From the NCBI GenBank assembly GCA_947259165.1, contig CAMYKY010000010.1, positions 34,433 to 98,432 on the forward strand: a stretch of 64,000 bases of DNA, read 5' to 3'. The DNA is from an uncultured Acidobacteriota bacterium. GTDB lineage: Bacteria > Acidobacteriota > Vicinamibacteria > Marinacidobacterales > SMYC01. The notes beneath the pieces were generated by a model. The model saw only the letters and a program-made list of their open reading frames with translations. It was not told the DNA's origin and searched no databases. Shown here one piece after another: positions 37,155 through 47,869 of the stretch (the stretch's first letter is position 1; the number at the start of each line of letters is the position of its first letter). Position numbers and translations under genes: made by a program.

Positions 37155-40100
37155 CTAAAGCCCGATGCTTTTTCTCAGGTCAGCAACGGCACCCGCGGGG
37201 TCGTTGTATTCGCCATTCAAGGCGTCGTGGGTGGCTGACTCGAGGACCCGCTCGAGCTCGAGTAGCGCGCGCTGCGTTTCGTCGGCTGAGCGGCCCCGCC
37301 CGGCTATCTCGCGCCGAAGCTCGGCCACCCCCGCTTTTCGCGAGCACGTGAGATAAGCCCTAATCACGGTGCCGATATCGGTACCCGTCGTGCTCGTCAT
37401 CCTTTTGAAGAAATCGACGCCGGCATGATTCACGACGTGATTCACCGCTACCGTGGCGATGATCTCGCGCCGCAGTGGGTGCTCGACGAAGTAGTCGGAG
37501 AACTCATGAAGGCGGCCCGGGAAATAGTCGTGAAGCAGGGGCGCGCCTTCCTCGCTGTCAGGAAAATCGGTCTCGAGAACGCCAGAGAAGGCCCAAATCT
37601 TGACGTAGCCGAGAAGCAACGCCAATAAAGGCCGCATCAAGCCGCGCGCTTGTCCCGTCGAGTCTGACCCACCCTCGGCAGATTGCAAAGCCGCGGGCTC
37701 GCGCAACTCGCTCCACGGCGGGACATTGTCGTCAGCGCGGTTCATGACGCCTTCGTGAAGGAGCTCTCCGAGAAGATCCAGGAAGTCCTCGTAGCGCTCG
37801 GCGCTCCGCCGCCCGTCGAGGGTCAATGCGAGCGCCTGCGCCGCGTTGTCCTCGAGAACGAGGGAGGCGACGTCCTCCGTCATATCCAGAAAGATGCGAT
37901 CACGTTCCTTCCTGTTCGAAAGCGCGCCCTGTTTCACGAGCACGTCCATCAGTATCTTGATGTTCACCTCATGGTCGGACATGTCGACGCCACCCGAATT
38001 GTCCACGGCATCGGTGTTGACGATGCCGCCTTTAGCCCAGTATTCGAGGCGAGCCTTCTGCGTCAACCCTAGATTGCCCCCTTCGCCGATCACTTTTGCT
38101 CGAACCTCAACGGCATTGACGCGGACTCGATCGTTCGCGCGATCGCCGGCGTGAAGATGTTCCTCGCTGGTCGCCTTGAGGTATGTTCCAATCCCGCCGT
38201 TGTAGAGCAGGTCGACAGGTGCCTTGAGAACGCACCGGATCATCTCCTCACCACTGACCCGATCGGCCTCGATCTGCAACACGGCCTTGATTTCGGGTGT
38301 GACCGCGATCGCCTTCGCCGAGCGATCGAAGATGCCCCCGCCTTCGCTGATCACCGATGAGTCGTAGTCCCGCCAGCTCGAGCGCGAGAGCCGAAAGAGC
38401 CGCTCGCGTTCTTCGAAGCTCTTCTCGGGGTCAGGATTCGGATCGACGAAGATGTGGACATGATTGAAGGCCGCCACGAGCTTGATCGCCCGAGAGCTGA
38501 GCATGCCGTTGCCGAAAACGTCCCCGTTCATGTCGCCAATACCGACGACGGTGAAGAGATCCTTGGCCACGTCCGTGCCGAGGTTGTGGAAGTGGTGTTT
38601 GATGCACTCCCACGCGCCACGAGCAGTGATGCCTACTTTCTTGTGGTCATAACCCACACTGCCGCCGGACGCGAACGCGTCACCAAGCCAGAAACCGTAA
38701 TGCTTGGCAACGGAGTTGGCCGTATCGGAAAGGTGTGCCGTACCCTTGTCGGCAGCCACGACGAGGTAGGGGTCATCGCCATCGTGGCGAACGACCTCGG
38801 GTGGATGGCCTACTTTGCCATCCACCATGTTGTCGGTAACGTCGAGAAGCCCAGAGATGAATTCCCGATAGCGGTCGACGAGGTAGCCGTCGAGCGCGGG
38901 GTGAGGCGGCAGTTCCCCTTTTAGGACGAAGCCACCCTTCGAGCCCACGGGCACGATGATCGAGTTCTTGACCATCTGCGTCTTCTGAAGATCGAGCACT
39001 TCGGTACGGAAGTCATCGTGCCGATCGCTCCACCGAATACCACCTCGCGCAACACGACCGCCCCGAAGATGAATTCCCTCGAGCTTGCGGGAGCGAACAT
39101 AGATCTCGAACATCGGGCTCGGCGACGGCATCCCTTCGACCTTGGCGCTTTCTACTTTCATGACGAACACAGGTCGTTCGGGTCGCTGGTAGAAGTTCGT
39201 GCGCGTGGTCGACGCGATAAGGTTCGAAAACGCTCGCAACACTTCGTCGTCCACGAGGCTTCCCACATCATCCAACGCTCGCTGCAAATCAATCTCCGCC
39301 TGACTCTCGATTTCCTCACGCTCGCCGTCGAAAGCGGGGTCGAAGCGCGCCTCGAAGGCTCTAAAGAGTGCTCGCGCCGCTGACGCGTTGGAGAGCAAAA
39401 CGCCGTTAACGGTCTCGAAATTGTAGTGTGGTCGAATTTGCTGCAGGTGCGCGCGAAGCGTACGCAATACCTCCACCTGTCTCCATTCGAGCTCGGCCGT
39501 CAATATCAACGCATTGAGAGAGCCGTCGGTCGCTCGTTTTTCATCAAGGGCGCGAAGCGCGTGCGCGAGCCGGCCGGTACCAGCTAACAGCACGGCGATG
39601 CGCTCTGCGGTGTCTTCGATTTCGTAGCGGTGCATGTGCGCGGTGCGTCGCGACGGAAGCCGGATGGGAATGTGAAGCTCGTCAGTAACGCCGAGTCCCA
39701 GGTTTCGAAGCGTCGTCAGGGTCTCGATGAAGTTCAGGGGTTTGGCGGAGTAGGTCTTGATCGTCGCGTGCTCGGGCGATCGCGGGACGACAGCGATCTG
39801 AAGACGAGCATCGAGTTGTTCCAAGTGCCCGACGTCAAAGGGAACTTCTTCGGCCGGCGTCGCTTCCCGATAGATCCCGCTTCTCGTGTCGTAGGTGATC
39901 CAACGGCCAAACAACAGCCGCCCCTCTCGTTCTCCGAACGCTTCCGTCAACGCTCGAGAAACGACGTCCTTCCACGTCGTGATGGTCTCTTCGGTGACCC
40001 TGAGTGCCACGTCCTCGTCGATCGGATGCTCCAACCGATCGAGATCGAAATAGAAAACCAGAACCTCTACGGCGCCCGCGTTCTCCGAAGCGGTGAAGCC

Positions 40101-41471
40101 GACGGGGCCGAAGCGCTCGGTGAACGCGCGCTCCAGCGAATTCGCACATTCGTGAGAGTAGCGCAGCTTCGAGAACGCGAGATAAAGTACTGCGTAACCG
40201 GGGCCGAGCCGGTGGTGCACGGCGATCTCGTCATCTCCGGTGATGTGGACGATGCGATCGAAAAACGGTTTCAACTCCGTCGCCGGAGCATAGAAGAGCT
40301 CGCGGCGCGGAAAGCGGTTGAACAACGCACGCACCTGTCGAAACGCGTGCGACATCGACGCGGCACCGCTCCTGTCGATGAGCCAACGCCGTTTTTCCCG
40401 CAACAGTGGGACGTCCGCCGCGCGTTGCGCGAACGAGCCTTGCGAGAATCGTCCGAGCAGAAACGTCGCCTGCTCGAGTTTGCCGTTCCCTCCCCAGTGG
40501 CGGATGACAATGTCGTCGATCGGTTCGAGATGGTAGATCGCCGACGCGTTAGAGCAGTAGTCGATCTCGATAATGCGCTCGTCGTCCGGTGCCGGAACCA
40601 ACTGGCTTTCGACCTCTTCGACGAGCCCGGGAAAAACGACCGGCAACAGGGCTGGATCGCGAAACGCGCCCAGCGCGCTCTCGGCGATTCGGTCTCCTGT
40701 GCCGTCCGGCGCAATACGGTAGCTCATGAGCCCCATGAGGATGAAATTTTCGTCCGTGAGCCATTTCAAGAACGCCCGCGCCGGCTCGAGATCCTCGGCC
40801 TTGTCGCTGCGGGATCTCATATCTCCCGTGATTTCCGAGACTGTATTCGTCATCTCTTCGAAATCCTCGAGCGCGAGGAACAGGCATTTCAGCACCGAGA
40901 AAATCTCGTGCTGGACGCGCCGCAGCCGCTCTTTCGATTCGATATGCTCGATCCGGAAGCGGCACAAAAGCTCCTTGTCGCCCTCGGCGTGGGCATCGCC
41001 AATCCACTCGACCCGCTCCCACTGCCGCCGGACGGTAAGAATCGGATGGAAGGCCGAGAACACACGCAAGCCAGCCTTGCGAAAATAGTTCATCAGGCTG
41101 TCGAAGATGAAGGGAGCGTCGTGCGTATGGGTCTCGACAATGGTCGTATCCATTGGGATCGTTTTACCGCCCACCGAAGGAAGCCACTCCTCCTCGACCG
41201 AGTGGCGCGCAACGACATGAAGGCCCGGCAGGCCCCGATAAAGCTGCGGCGGCGGCGGGAGTTCTTTGACAAAGAACCGAAAATTGTCCGCGAGCCGGTT
41301 AGCCAGATTCGGCGCGGAGACACCTTCGATCATCCACTCGGGGAGCCCGCCATAGACAACTTTGGCGAAGGACTCCACGAGCTCCCAATTCTCGTCCGCT
41401 TTGATTTTTTTGAGATGCTCGAGGACTTCGTCGAGCTTGCGCTGTTTGTCTTCCGAGCTAACGCTTGGCAT
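37155..41471 (-). CDS. gdhB: NAD-specific glutamate dehydrogenase, large (~160 kDa) bacterial type (GdhB)
   Basis: A 1438-aa ORF whose catalytic core follows the large-GDH pattern (GGIRWSDRHDDFRTEVLDLQKTQMVKNSIIVPVGSKGGFV...MSDHEVNIKILMD) with long N- and C-terminal regulatory regions. Confidence 0.85.
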   Translation of the reverse strand: MPSVSSEDKQRKLDEVLEHLKKIKADENWELVESFAKVVYGGLPEWMIEGVSAPNLANRLADNFRFFVKELPPPPQLYRGLPGLHVVARHSVEEEWLPSVGGKTIPMDTTIVETHTHDAPFIFDSLMNYFRKAGLRVFSAFHPILTVRRQWERVEWIGDAHAEGDKELLCRFRIEHIESKERLRRVQHEIFSVLKCLFLALEDFEEMTNTVSEITGDMRSRSDKAEDLEPARAFLKWLTDENFILMGLMSYRIAPDGTGDRIAESALGAFRDPALLPVVFPGLVEEVESQLVPAPDDERIIEIDYCSNASAIYHLEPIDDIVIRHWGGNGKLEQATFLLGRFSQGSFAQRAADVPLLREKRRWLIDRSGAASMSHAFRQVRALFNRFPRRELFYAPATELKPFFDRIVHITGDDEIAVHHRLGPGYAVLYLAFSKLRYSHECANSLERAFTERFGPVGFTASENAGAVEVLVFYFDLDRLEHPIDEDVALRVTEETITTWKDVVSRALTEAFGEREGRLLFGRWITYDTRSGIYREATPAEEVPFDVGHLEQLDARLQIAVVPRSPEHATIKTYSAKPLNFIETLTTLRNLGLGVTDELHIPIRLPSRRTAHMHRYEIEDTAERIAVLLAGTGRLAHALRALDEKRATDGSLNALILTAELEWRQVEVLRTLRAHLQQIRPHYNFETVNGVLLSNASAARALFRAFEARFDPAFDGEREEIESQAEIDLQRALDDVGSLVDDEVLRAFSNLIASTTRTNFYQRPERPVFVMKVESAKVEGMPSPSPMFEIYVRSRKLEGIHLRGGRVARGGIRWSDRHDDFRTEVLDLQKTQMVKNSIIVPVGSKGGFVLKGELPPHPALDGYLVDRYREFISGLLDVTDNMVDGKVGHPPEVVRHDGDDPYLVVAADKGTAHLSDTANSVAKHYGFWLGDAFASGGSVGYDHKKVGITARGAWECIKHHFHNLGTDVAKDLFTVVGIGDMNGDVFGNGMLSSRAIKLVAAFNHVHIFVDPNPDPEKSFEERERLFRLSRSSWRDYDSSVISEGGGIFDRSAKAIAVTPEIKAVLQIEADRVSGEEMIRCVLKAPVDLLYNGGIGTYLKATSEEHLHAGDRANDRVRVNAVEVRAKVIGEGGNLGLTQKARLEYWAKGGIVNTDAVDNSGGVDMSDHEVNIKILMDVLVKQGALSNRKERDRIFLDMTEDVASLVLEDNAAQALALTLDGRRSAERYEDFLDLLGELLHEGVMNRADDNVPPWSELREPAALQSAEGGSDSTGQARGLMRPLLALLLGYVKIWAFSGVLETDFPDSEEGAPLLHDYFPGRLHEFSDYFVEHPLRREIIATVAVNHVVNHAGVDFFKRMTSTTGTDIGTVIRAYLTCSRKAGVAELRREIAGRGRSADETQRALLELERVLESATHDALNGEYNDPAGAVADLRKSIGL

Positions 41472-41660
41472 GGTGTGACTGGTATCTCCGGATCGAAACT
41501 CGGGTGCAATCCCTTAGTGTAGACCGGTCGCGGGCACGATGCCACGACTAGCGAGACTTTCGACAATGCCCAGGTCAGCTCCACGACCTTCTAACGTTAA
41601 TTTTGAACCGAAGGTTGGACCTGTCCGGCTCGGTTGTGCTCCCGCCGAAGAGAGTTCTTC

Positions 41661-41791
41661 GTTCCCGTTCCCGTTCCCGTTCTCGACTAAGAATGTCCAG
41701 ACCCGTCGGCGAGCGGAGCTCGCCGCGATCAGTCCGTGGTCACGTGAACATCTTTAATCGGGAACGGGAACGGGAACGGGAACGGGAAACG
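41661..41791. repeat. hexamer-TIR element, copy D: (GTTCCC)3-4 ... (GGGAAC)5
   Basis: gttcccgttcccgttcccgttctcg, then a 73-nt core with internal hairpin cggcgagcggagctcgccg, then cgggaacgggaacgggaacgggaacgggaaacg. It is intergenic, upstream of the divergent gdh start. Confidence 0.8.
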
Positions 41792-41961
41792 AAAAGACTT
41801 CATAATGTTGCTAGGTGCGAGGAATACGGACGTCGGAGGCGCAACGGTCAACCAGAGATTTCAGGAGCTCCGGTGATTGGAAATCGGACCGGGCACGGAT
41901 GGGGTACGAACAGGGGAGAAGTGACAGGGCCGGAGAGAGACACCTCCCCCCGGCCCAACGC

Positions 41962-42759
41962 TCAGTTGTTGGCGTGTTGTATGTGGACCGCTCGGTACGG
42001 CGAAACGAGGTCGACCACGACACCCTCGATCCGCGCCTCGGCGCCGACGGCCGGAGCGCTCAAACCCGGCGATAACGCGAAGCACAAAGGGACGCTTCCG
42101 CGAACGAGAAGACTCATTTCGCACCCGGTTGCCGGTGTCACAACCATCCCCGTCGCATGAATCTCATCGTCGATACGTAACTCAGAGGCAACGAGTCCGC
42201 CACCACCGTCCACACCCCGAGCTCGTAGCGGCAGCCCCAGATGGTCTCCCAGCAACGAGGACAACTCTGACGGCGGCAAGCGTTCGACGAGTGCAGGCTC
42301 GTTGTCGACTCGAGTTTCGTTGGTGACGATCACGAGCGTGTCTTTGACTCTTACCGCCACGACACAATCGAGCTCGGGCGGGCAGCTTTCGATTCCAAAA
42401 AAGAGCCCGCGCACCCGAGCATCGTCCCCATCGGAGCCGCTCGATCCCCTGTTGCTGTCATCGTCGTTGCTGTCATCGTCGTCGCTGTCATCGTCGTTGC
42501 TGTCATCGTCGTCGCTGTCATCGTCGTCGCTGTCATCGTCGTCGCCGTCATCATCCGGCGAATCGCCGCTAGCATCGTCGCCATCGCTATGCGCTCGCGA
42601 GCTCGCCAGTGCTACACCGGCGGCATCACCACTCACGATCGAGGGCGCAGTCGCGCTGACGCCGTCGTCACCGCACCCCACGAAAACGAGCGCAGCGAAC
42701 ACCGCGGCAACTACCATCGCAATCCATTTCATTTGCCGTGTCATTTCCATTTCGGACAT
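41962..42759 (-). CDS. lipoprotein with poly-acidic (DDDDSDDDDSN)n repeat region
   Basis: Lipobox LVFVGCG. About 45 residues of Asp/Ser repeats are encoded by 15-bp tandem DNA repeats (gttgctgtcatcgtc, ~7 copies, 42447..42555). A C-terminal globular domain follows. Confidence 0.6.
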   Translation of the reverse strand: MSEMEMTRQMKWIAMVVAAVFAALVFVGCGDDGVSATAPSIVSGDAAGVALASSRAHSDGDDASGDSPDDDGDDDDSDDDDSDDDDSNDDDSDDDDSNDDDSNRGSSGSDGDDARVRGLFFGIESCPPELDCVVAVRVKDTLVIVTNETRVDNEPALVERLPPSELSSLLGDHLGLPLRARGVDGGGGLVASELRIDDEIHATGMVVTPATGCEMSLLVRGSVPLCFALSPGLSAPAVGAEARIEGVVVDLVSPYRAVHIQHANN

Positions 42760-43020
42760 GTCTCCTCGGGTCCGGTACGGAGCCCAAACCGACACCCGTA
42801 TGAACCCAGGCTACGGACGCCGGCGACGCACTAGGTCAATCCCTCTATGCGGCAGAGTCATTGTGCGTCGACCACGCCGAACGCGCGATGATCCGCGGCA
42901 CGCTTTTGGGGTGAGGTTGCTAACGCCCGGCCGGTGAGGAGCGTCACGGACACGAACGAAAAGGCCGAGGCAGTCTTGTTAAACTAGCGGCGTGACGCAC
43001 CGCGATCTCTAGACAATCTT

Positions 43021-46000
43021 ATGGATGCCTTCCAAGCTTCGGTACGGGGGTGGTTCGAAGCGAGCTTCGAAGCACCCACTCGCGTCCAGCGTGAGGGGTG
43101 GCCGGCGCTGGCGCGGGGTGAGCACGCGCTCTTGCTCGCACCGACAGGGAGCGGGAAGACGCTTGCAGCGTTTTTGTGGGCGATCGACCAAATCACTCAA
43201 CTCGATCCCGACTCGAAGCCTGGCGTGCGAATTCTGTATGTCTCTCCGCTCAAGGCACTCGTCTACGACATCGAACGCAACCTGAGGGCACCTCTCGCAG
43301 GGATCCGCCGCTGGTCGGAGCGGGACGGGGGCGCGTTTCGAAACATTCGCGTCGACGTCCGTACCGGCGACACCACACCCAAGCAGCGCCGTCAGCAGCT
43401 TCGCGACCCGGCAGACATTCTGGTGACAACGCCGGAGTCCCTGTTTCTCATTCTCGGCTCACAGGCTGCGGCCAACCTGGTTCCGGTGCATACCGTCATC
43501 GTCGACGAGATCCATTCGCTCGCGCCGACCAAGCGCGGTGTCCACCTGGCATTGTCGCTCGAGCGCCTCGCCGAAGTGACGTCGAGCGAACCCCAACGGA
43601 TCGGGCTCTCAGCGACGGTGCGTCCTCCAAAAGAGGTCGCGCGATTTCTCGGAGGGGACCGCGAGGTTCACATTGTCGATGCCAGCGAGCGGGCGCACAT
43701 CGAGCTCTCGATTCACGTGCCTGTCCCGGATATGGAGCATGTGCCGCCGAGCGCTCGCGAAATCGAAACGTTGCCCGCTCCAGCGACCCAGGGGGAGCCC
43801 ACTGCCCCGGAAAAACCTCCGGCGAGGGAGCCAGGCTCAATTTGGTCAGAAATCTATCCGAAGCTTCTCGATCTCGTTCAGAAACACCGCGCGACGATCG
43901 TCTTCGTCAACAGCCGCGGGCTCGCCGAACGGCTTGCCCAACGCCTCAACGAGCTCGCTGACGCGCCACTCGTCCGCGCCCATCACGGCAGCGTGTCCCA
44001 CGCAAAGCGCAACGAGATCGAAGAGGCGCTCAAAACTGGCGCTCTCAAGGGACTCGTCGCAACCTCGTCGCTCGAGCTCGGCATCGACATGGGTGCGGTC
44101 GATCTCGTCGTTCTCGTTGAATCACCCGGCTCAGTCGCGCGCGGTCTTCAACGTGTCGGACGCTCCGGACACGGTGTCGGCGAAAAGAGTCTCGGAATGA
44201 TTTTCCCCAAGTTCCGCGGCGATCTCCTCGAATCGACGGTGGTCGCCCAGCGCATGCTCGCCGGCGAGATCGAGTCGCTTCAGATCCCGGAGAACCCCCT
44301 CGACGTCCTCGCGCAACAAGTCGTAGCGATGTGCGCCGACAAGCCACGGCAAGTCGACGAGATCACGGCACTCATCCGTCGCGCAGCTCCCTACCGCGAT
44401 CTGTCGCGCGATGTGCTCATATCGGTCATCGAGATGCTTTCCGGGCAATACCCGTCCCAGGATTTCGCCGATCTCAGAGCCCGCCTGGCGTGGGACCGTG
44501 CTCAGGACATCTTGTCGCCGCGCAAAGGCGCCAAGATGATCTCGCTTCTCAACGCCGGCACAATTCCGGATCGCGGGCTCTACAGTGTTCACATCGGCGA
44601 GGGCGGTCCCCGGGTCGGAGAGCTCGACGAGGAGATGGTCTACGAGTCTCGTAAGGGTGAGGTCTTCTTTCTAGGGGCGTCGTCATGGCGAGTCGAGGCC
44701 ATCACCCGTGATCGGGTGATCGTCTCGCCCGCACCGGGTCAGCCGGGGAAGATGCCGTTTTGGCATGGCGACGGCCCGGGGCGCCCCATCGAGCTTGGAC
44801 GTGCCATTGGCGCCTTCGTCCGGAAAACCGGCGAGATGCCGGCCGACGAGGCTGAGCGGTGGCTCGAGGCCCACACGCGGCTCGACGAGTTCGCCGCGTC
44901 GAATCTCGTTCGCTACATCCAAGAACAAAAAGAGCACACCGGCTCGCTTCCAACCGACCAGCACATCACCGTGGAGCGTTTTCGAGACGAGCTTGGAGAT
45001 TGGCGAGTTTGCATCCTGACTCCGTTCGGCTCACGGGTGCACACGCCGTGGGCTCTGGCAATCCAAAACGCCCTGAGCACTCGCGCCGGGTACGAAGTCG
45101 AGACGATGTACACCGATGACGGTATCGTGCTGCGATTCGCAGACGTCGAAGAGCTCCCCGATCTCGAGTCGCTGCTACCCGACCCAGAAGAAGTCGAAGA
45201 TCGCGTCGTCGAGGAGCTCGGCCATTCGGCGATGTTCGCGAGCACCTTCCGCGAGAATGCCGCCCGTGCTCTGCTTCTGCCGCGGCGCCGGCCCGGCCTG
45301 CGTACTCCTCTTTGGCAGCAGCGCCTGCGTGCAAAGAATCTCCTCGCCAACGTCACGCAATACCCATCGTTTCCCATCGTGCTCGAAACCTACCGGCAGT
45401 GCCTGCAAGACGTCTTCGATGTGCCGGCGCTGCAAACCCTGTTGCGCTCGATCGCGAGCCGTGAGGTCCAGGTGTCGGAGGTCGAGACGGCAACCGCGTC
45501 ACCGTTTGCCCGCTCGCTCACGTTTGCCTACGTGGCGAACTATCTCTACGAGCAGGATGCACCGCTCGCGGAGCGGAAGGCACAGGCGCTAACGCTCGAT
45601 CGCAACATGCTACGCGAGCTGCTCGGCCAGGCGGAGCTGCGTGAGCTCATCGACGCCGAGGTGCTGGATGACGTCGAAGCAGAGCTAGCCGGCATCGCTG
45701 ATAGCTGGAAAGCGCGTAGCGCCGACGAGCTCGAAGACCTTCTTCGGCGCGTTGGAGATATGAGCGAAGCAGAAGTTCAACTGAGGACGACCGAGGATCC
45801 GGCGCCGTGGCTCGACAAGCTCGAAGCGGAGCGCCGCGCGGCGCGGGTTCACATCGCGCAAGAGGATCGCTTCATCGCCGTGAGCGACGCGGCGCGCTAC
45901 CGTGACGCTCTCGGCACCGTGCCCCCGACAGGTCTTCCGCTCAGTGTCCTCGAGCACGCGGCCTCCCCGCTCGAAGATCTCGTCCGTCGCTACGGCCGCA

Positions 46001-47481
46001 CCCACGGGCCGTTTTTGACCGAAGCGGTCGCCGAGCGGTGGGACTTGCTGCCGTCGCAAGTCGAGCCCGTCTTGCAGCGACTCGAATCCGAGGGTCATCT
46101 CGTCCGAGGTGAGATTCGCCCCCACGGCGTTCGTCCCGAATGGTGCGACGCGGAAGTCCTTCGCCGCTTGAAACGCCGCACGCTCGCGAAGCTGAGAAAG
46201 GAGGTCGCCCCGGTCGAGGCGAGCGTCCTCGGACGTTTTCTTCCCGAGTGGCACGGGCTCCGCCAAGGCTCGAGCGGAGCCAGCGGGCTCCCCCGCCTCG
46301 AAGAGGTGCTCGCGCAACTCGAAGGTCTTCCCCTGCCGTGGTCGACTCTACTCGACGGGATCCTACCGCAGCGCGTCCAGAACTTTCGCCCGGAGATGCT
46401 CGACATGCTGTCCGCATCGGGCACGGCGGTCTGGGTCGGCGTCGGCGCCCTCGGCACTTCGGACGGACGGGTCGCACTCTATCGGCGCGACCGCGCCCCA
46501 CTCTTGCTCCCACCCCGAGAGCCTTACGAGCCACGCTCGGCACTCGAGACAACCATCCTGCAACACCTCGCCGAGCGCGGCGCGTCCTTCACCCTCGAGT
46601 TCGCGCCGAAGAGCTCGGAGCTCTCCGTCACCGAGCTCGAGCAGGCGCTCATGAACTTGCTCTGGGCTGGCCAGATCACGAATGACACGTTCTCGCCACT
46701 ACACGGTGCCGGCAGAAAAACCCGCCCCAGCCGACGAAAAGAACATGTGAAATATGCGGGCGGGCGTTGGTCTCTGGTCGAGGGCTTGATGGACCCCACC
46801 GTGAGCGACACCGAACGGGCGCACGCTCGAGTTACCATGTTGCTCGAGCGTTACGGCCTCGTCAGCCGCACCGCTGCATTGTTCGAAGAGCTCCCTGGCG
46901 GGTACCAGGCGATCTACCCGGTGCTGCGGGAGATGGAAGAGCGCGGCCGACTGCGGCGCGGCCATTTCGTCGAGGGACTCTCCGGCTCTCAGTTCGCTCT
47001 GCCCGGCGCGGTCGAGCGGCTCCGCTCAGTGCGCGACCGACTCGACGGAGCGGACCGAGGCGCCACCCAGGAAAGCGAAATCCGGGCCTACCTCGCTCTC
47101 GACCCTGCCAATCCGTATGGTTCCGTTCTCCCGTGGCCCCGTCCGGAGGGCGAACGCCGGGCCCGAGCCCGTCGGGTCCCCGGCGCCTGGGTTCTCTTAT
47201 ATAGAGGTAGGCTCGTGCTTTACATGGAGCGCGGCGGCCGGTCGCTACTGAGCTTCGGTGAGCTCAACGACCCCGACGTCGCGAGAGCCGCGTTTCGAGC
47301 CCTGACGAGCCTACCGAGGCGACGACCCCACCGACTCCGTATCGAGTCCATCGATGACGAAGTCCCAACGAAGGGCCCCTATGCGGCACTTCTGCGCGAG
47401 CTCGGGTTCTTCCCCGACATCCATTCGATGGTGTTCGCGGAGACACCAACTGACACTCGGTCTTCCGATCGAGTACATTAG
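43021..47481 (+). CDS. lhr: Lhr-family large ATP-dependent helicase (DEAD/DEAH box)
   Basis: Motif I (LLAPTGSGKTLAAF) and DEIH (VIVDEIHSL). Helicase C (VATSSLELGIDMG, LQRVGRSGH). A long Lhr-type C-terminal extension at 1486 aa. Confidence 0.9.
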   Translation: MDAFQASVRGWFEASFEAPTRVQREGWPALARGEHALLLAPTGSGKTLAAFLWAIDQITQLDPDSKPGVRILYVSPLKALVYDIERNLRAPLAGIRRWSERDGGAFRNIRVDVRTGDTTPKQRRQQLRDPADILVTTPESLFLILGSQAAANLVPVHTVIVDEIHSLAPTKRGVHLALSLERLAEVTSSEPQRIGLSATVRPPKEVARFLGGDREVHIVDASERAHIELSIHVPVPDMEHVPPSAREIETLPAPATQGEPTAPEKPPAREPGSIWSEIYPKLLDLVQKHRATIVFVNSRGLAERLAQRLNELADAPLVRAHHGSVSHAKRNEIEEALKTGALKGLVATSSLELGIDMGAVDLVVLVESPGSVARGLQRVGRSGHGVGEKSLGMIFPKFRGDLLESTVVAQRMLAGEIESLQIPENPLDVLAQQVVAMCADKPRQVDEITALIRRAAPYRDLSRDVLISVIEMLSGQYPSQDFADLRARLAWDRAQDILSPRKGAKMISLLNAGTIPDRGLYSVHIGEGGPRVGELDEEMVYESRKGEVFFLGASSWRVEAITRDRVIVSPAPGQPGKMPFWHGDGPGRPIELGRAIGAFVRKTGEMPADEAERWLEAHTRLDEFAASNLVRYIQEQKEHTGSLPTDQHITVERFRDELGDWRVCILTPFGSRVHTPWALAIQNALSTRAGYEVETMYTDDGIVLRFADVEELPDLESLLPDPEEVEDRVVEELGHSAMFASTFRENAARALLLPRRRPGLRTPLWQQRLRAKNLLANVTQYPSFPIVLETYRQCLQDVFDVPALQTLLRSIASREVQVSEVETATASPFARSLTFAYVANYLYEQDAPLAERKAQALTLDRNMLRELLGQAELRELIDAEVLDDVEAELAGIADSWKARSADELEDLLRRVGDMSEAEVQLRTTEDPAPWLDKLEAERRAARVHIAQEDRFIAVSDAARYRDALGTVPPTGLPLSVLEHAASPLEDLVRRYGRTHGPFLTEAVAERWDLLPSQVEPVLQRLESEGHLVRGEIRPHGVRPEWCDAEVLRRLKRRTLAKLRKEVAPVEASVLGRFLPEWHGLRQGSSGASGLPRLEEVLAQLEGLPLPWSTLLDGILPQRVQNFRPEMLDMLSASGTAVWVGVGALGTSDGRVALYRRDRAPLLLPPREPYEPRSALETTILQHLAERGASFTLEFAPKSSELSVTELEQALMNLLWAGQITNDTFSPLHGAGRKTRPSRRKEHVKYAGGRWSLVEGLMDPTVSDTERAHARVTMLLERYGLVSRTAALFEELPGGYQAIYPVLREMEERGRLRRGHFVEGLSGSQFALPGAVERLRSVRDRLDGADRGATQESEIRAYLALDPANPYGSVLPWPRPEGERRARARRVPGAWVLLYRGRLVLYMERGGRSLLSFGELNDPDVARAAFRALTSLPRRRPHRLRIESIDDEVPTKGPYAALLRELGFFPDIHSMVFAETPTDTRSSDRVH

Positions 47482-47503
47482 TAGAATTTCAAGGAGATAG
47501 CTG

Positions 47504-47827
47504 ATGGAACATACATACGACGAGCTCAAGAAGAAAACCGTCGCCGAGCTCCGCGAGGTCGCGGACGGAATGGACCACGAGAAGGTCCCTGGCTTCAAGA
47601 CGCTCCACAAAGAGGACCTCGTCAAACTCCTTTGTAACGCTTTGGGGATCGAGGCCCATGAGCACCACACCGTCGTAGGAGTCGACAAGGCAAAAATCAA
47701 AGCGAAGATCCAGGTTCTCAAGGTAGCGCGGGCGGCCGCGATCGAAGCACATGACGCCAAACAGCTCAAGTGGACGCGCCTCAACATCAAACGTCTCAAG
47801 CACAAGATCCGTCAGGCAACCGTCTAG
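47504..47827 (+). CDS. small basic protein with Rho-N/SAP-like N-terminal helix motif
   Basis: 107 aa. The N-terminus (ELKKKTVAELREVADGMD..FKTLHKEDLVKLL) resembles the Rho_N/SAP DNA/RNA-binding motif. A GGAG precedes the ATG. Confidence 0.4.
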   Translation: MEHTYDELKKKTVAELREVADGMDHEKVPGFKTLHKEDLVKLLCNALGIEAHEHHTVVGVDKAKIKAKIQVLKVARAAAIEAHDAKQLKWTRLNIKRLKHKIRQATV

Positions 47828-47869
47828 CCAAGCACGCAAGCTCGCGCGTTCAGCGTTCGGTATTCCGTA

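Noticed and set aside
41603-42160. 185-aa plus-strand ORF reading through element D (RSRSRSRLR...[10 protein letters not shown])
   Set aside because: It is the translation of the hexamer repeat plus antisense of the acidic lipoprotein gene, and is not credible coding sequence.
43176-46552. Several 200-260-aa alternative-frame or antisense ORFs inside lhr (43176..43961, 45685..46317, 45941..46552)
   Set aside because: All are Arg/Pro/Gly-rich without domains. Lhr motifs occupy the primary frame across the whole span.
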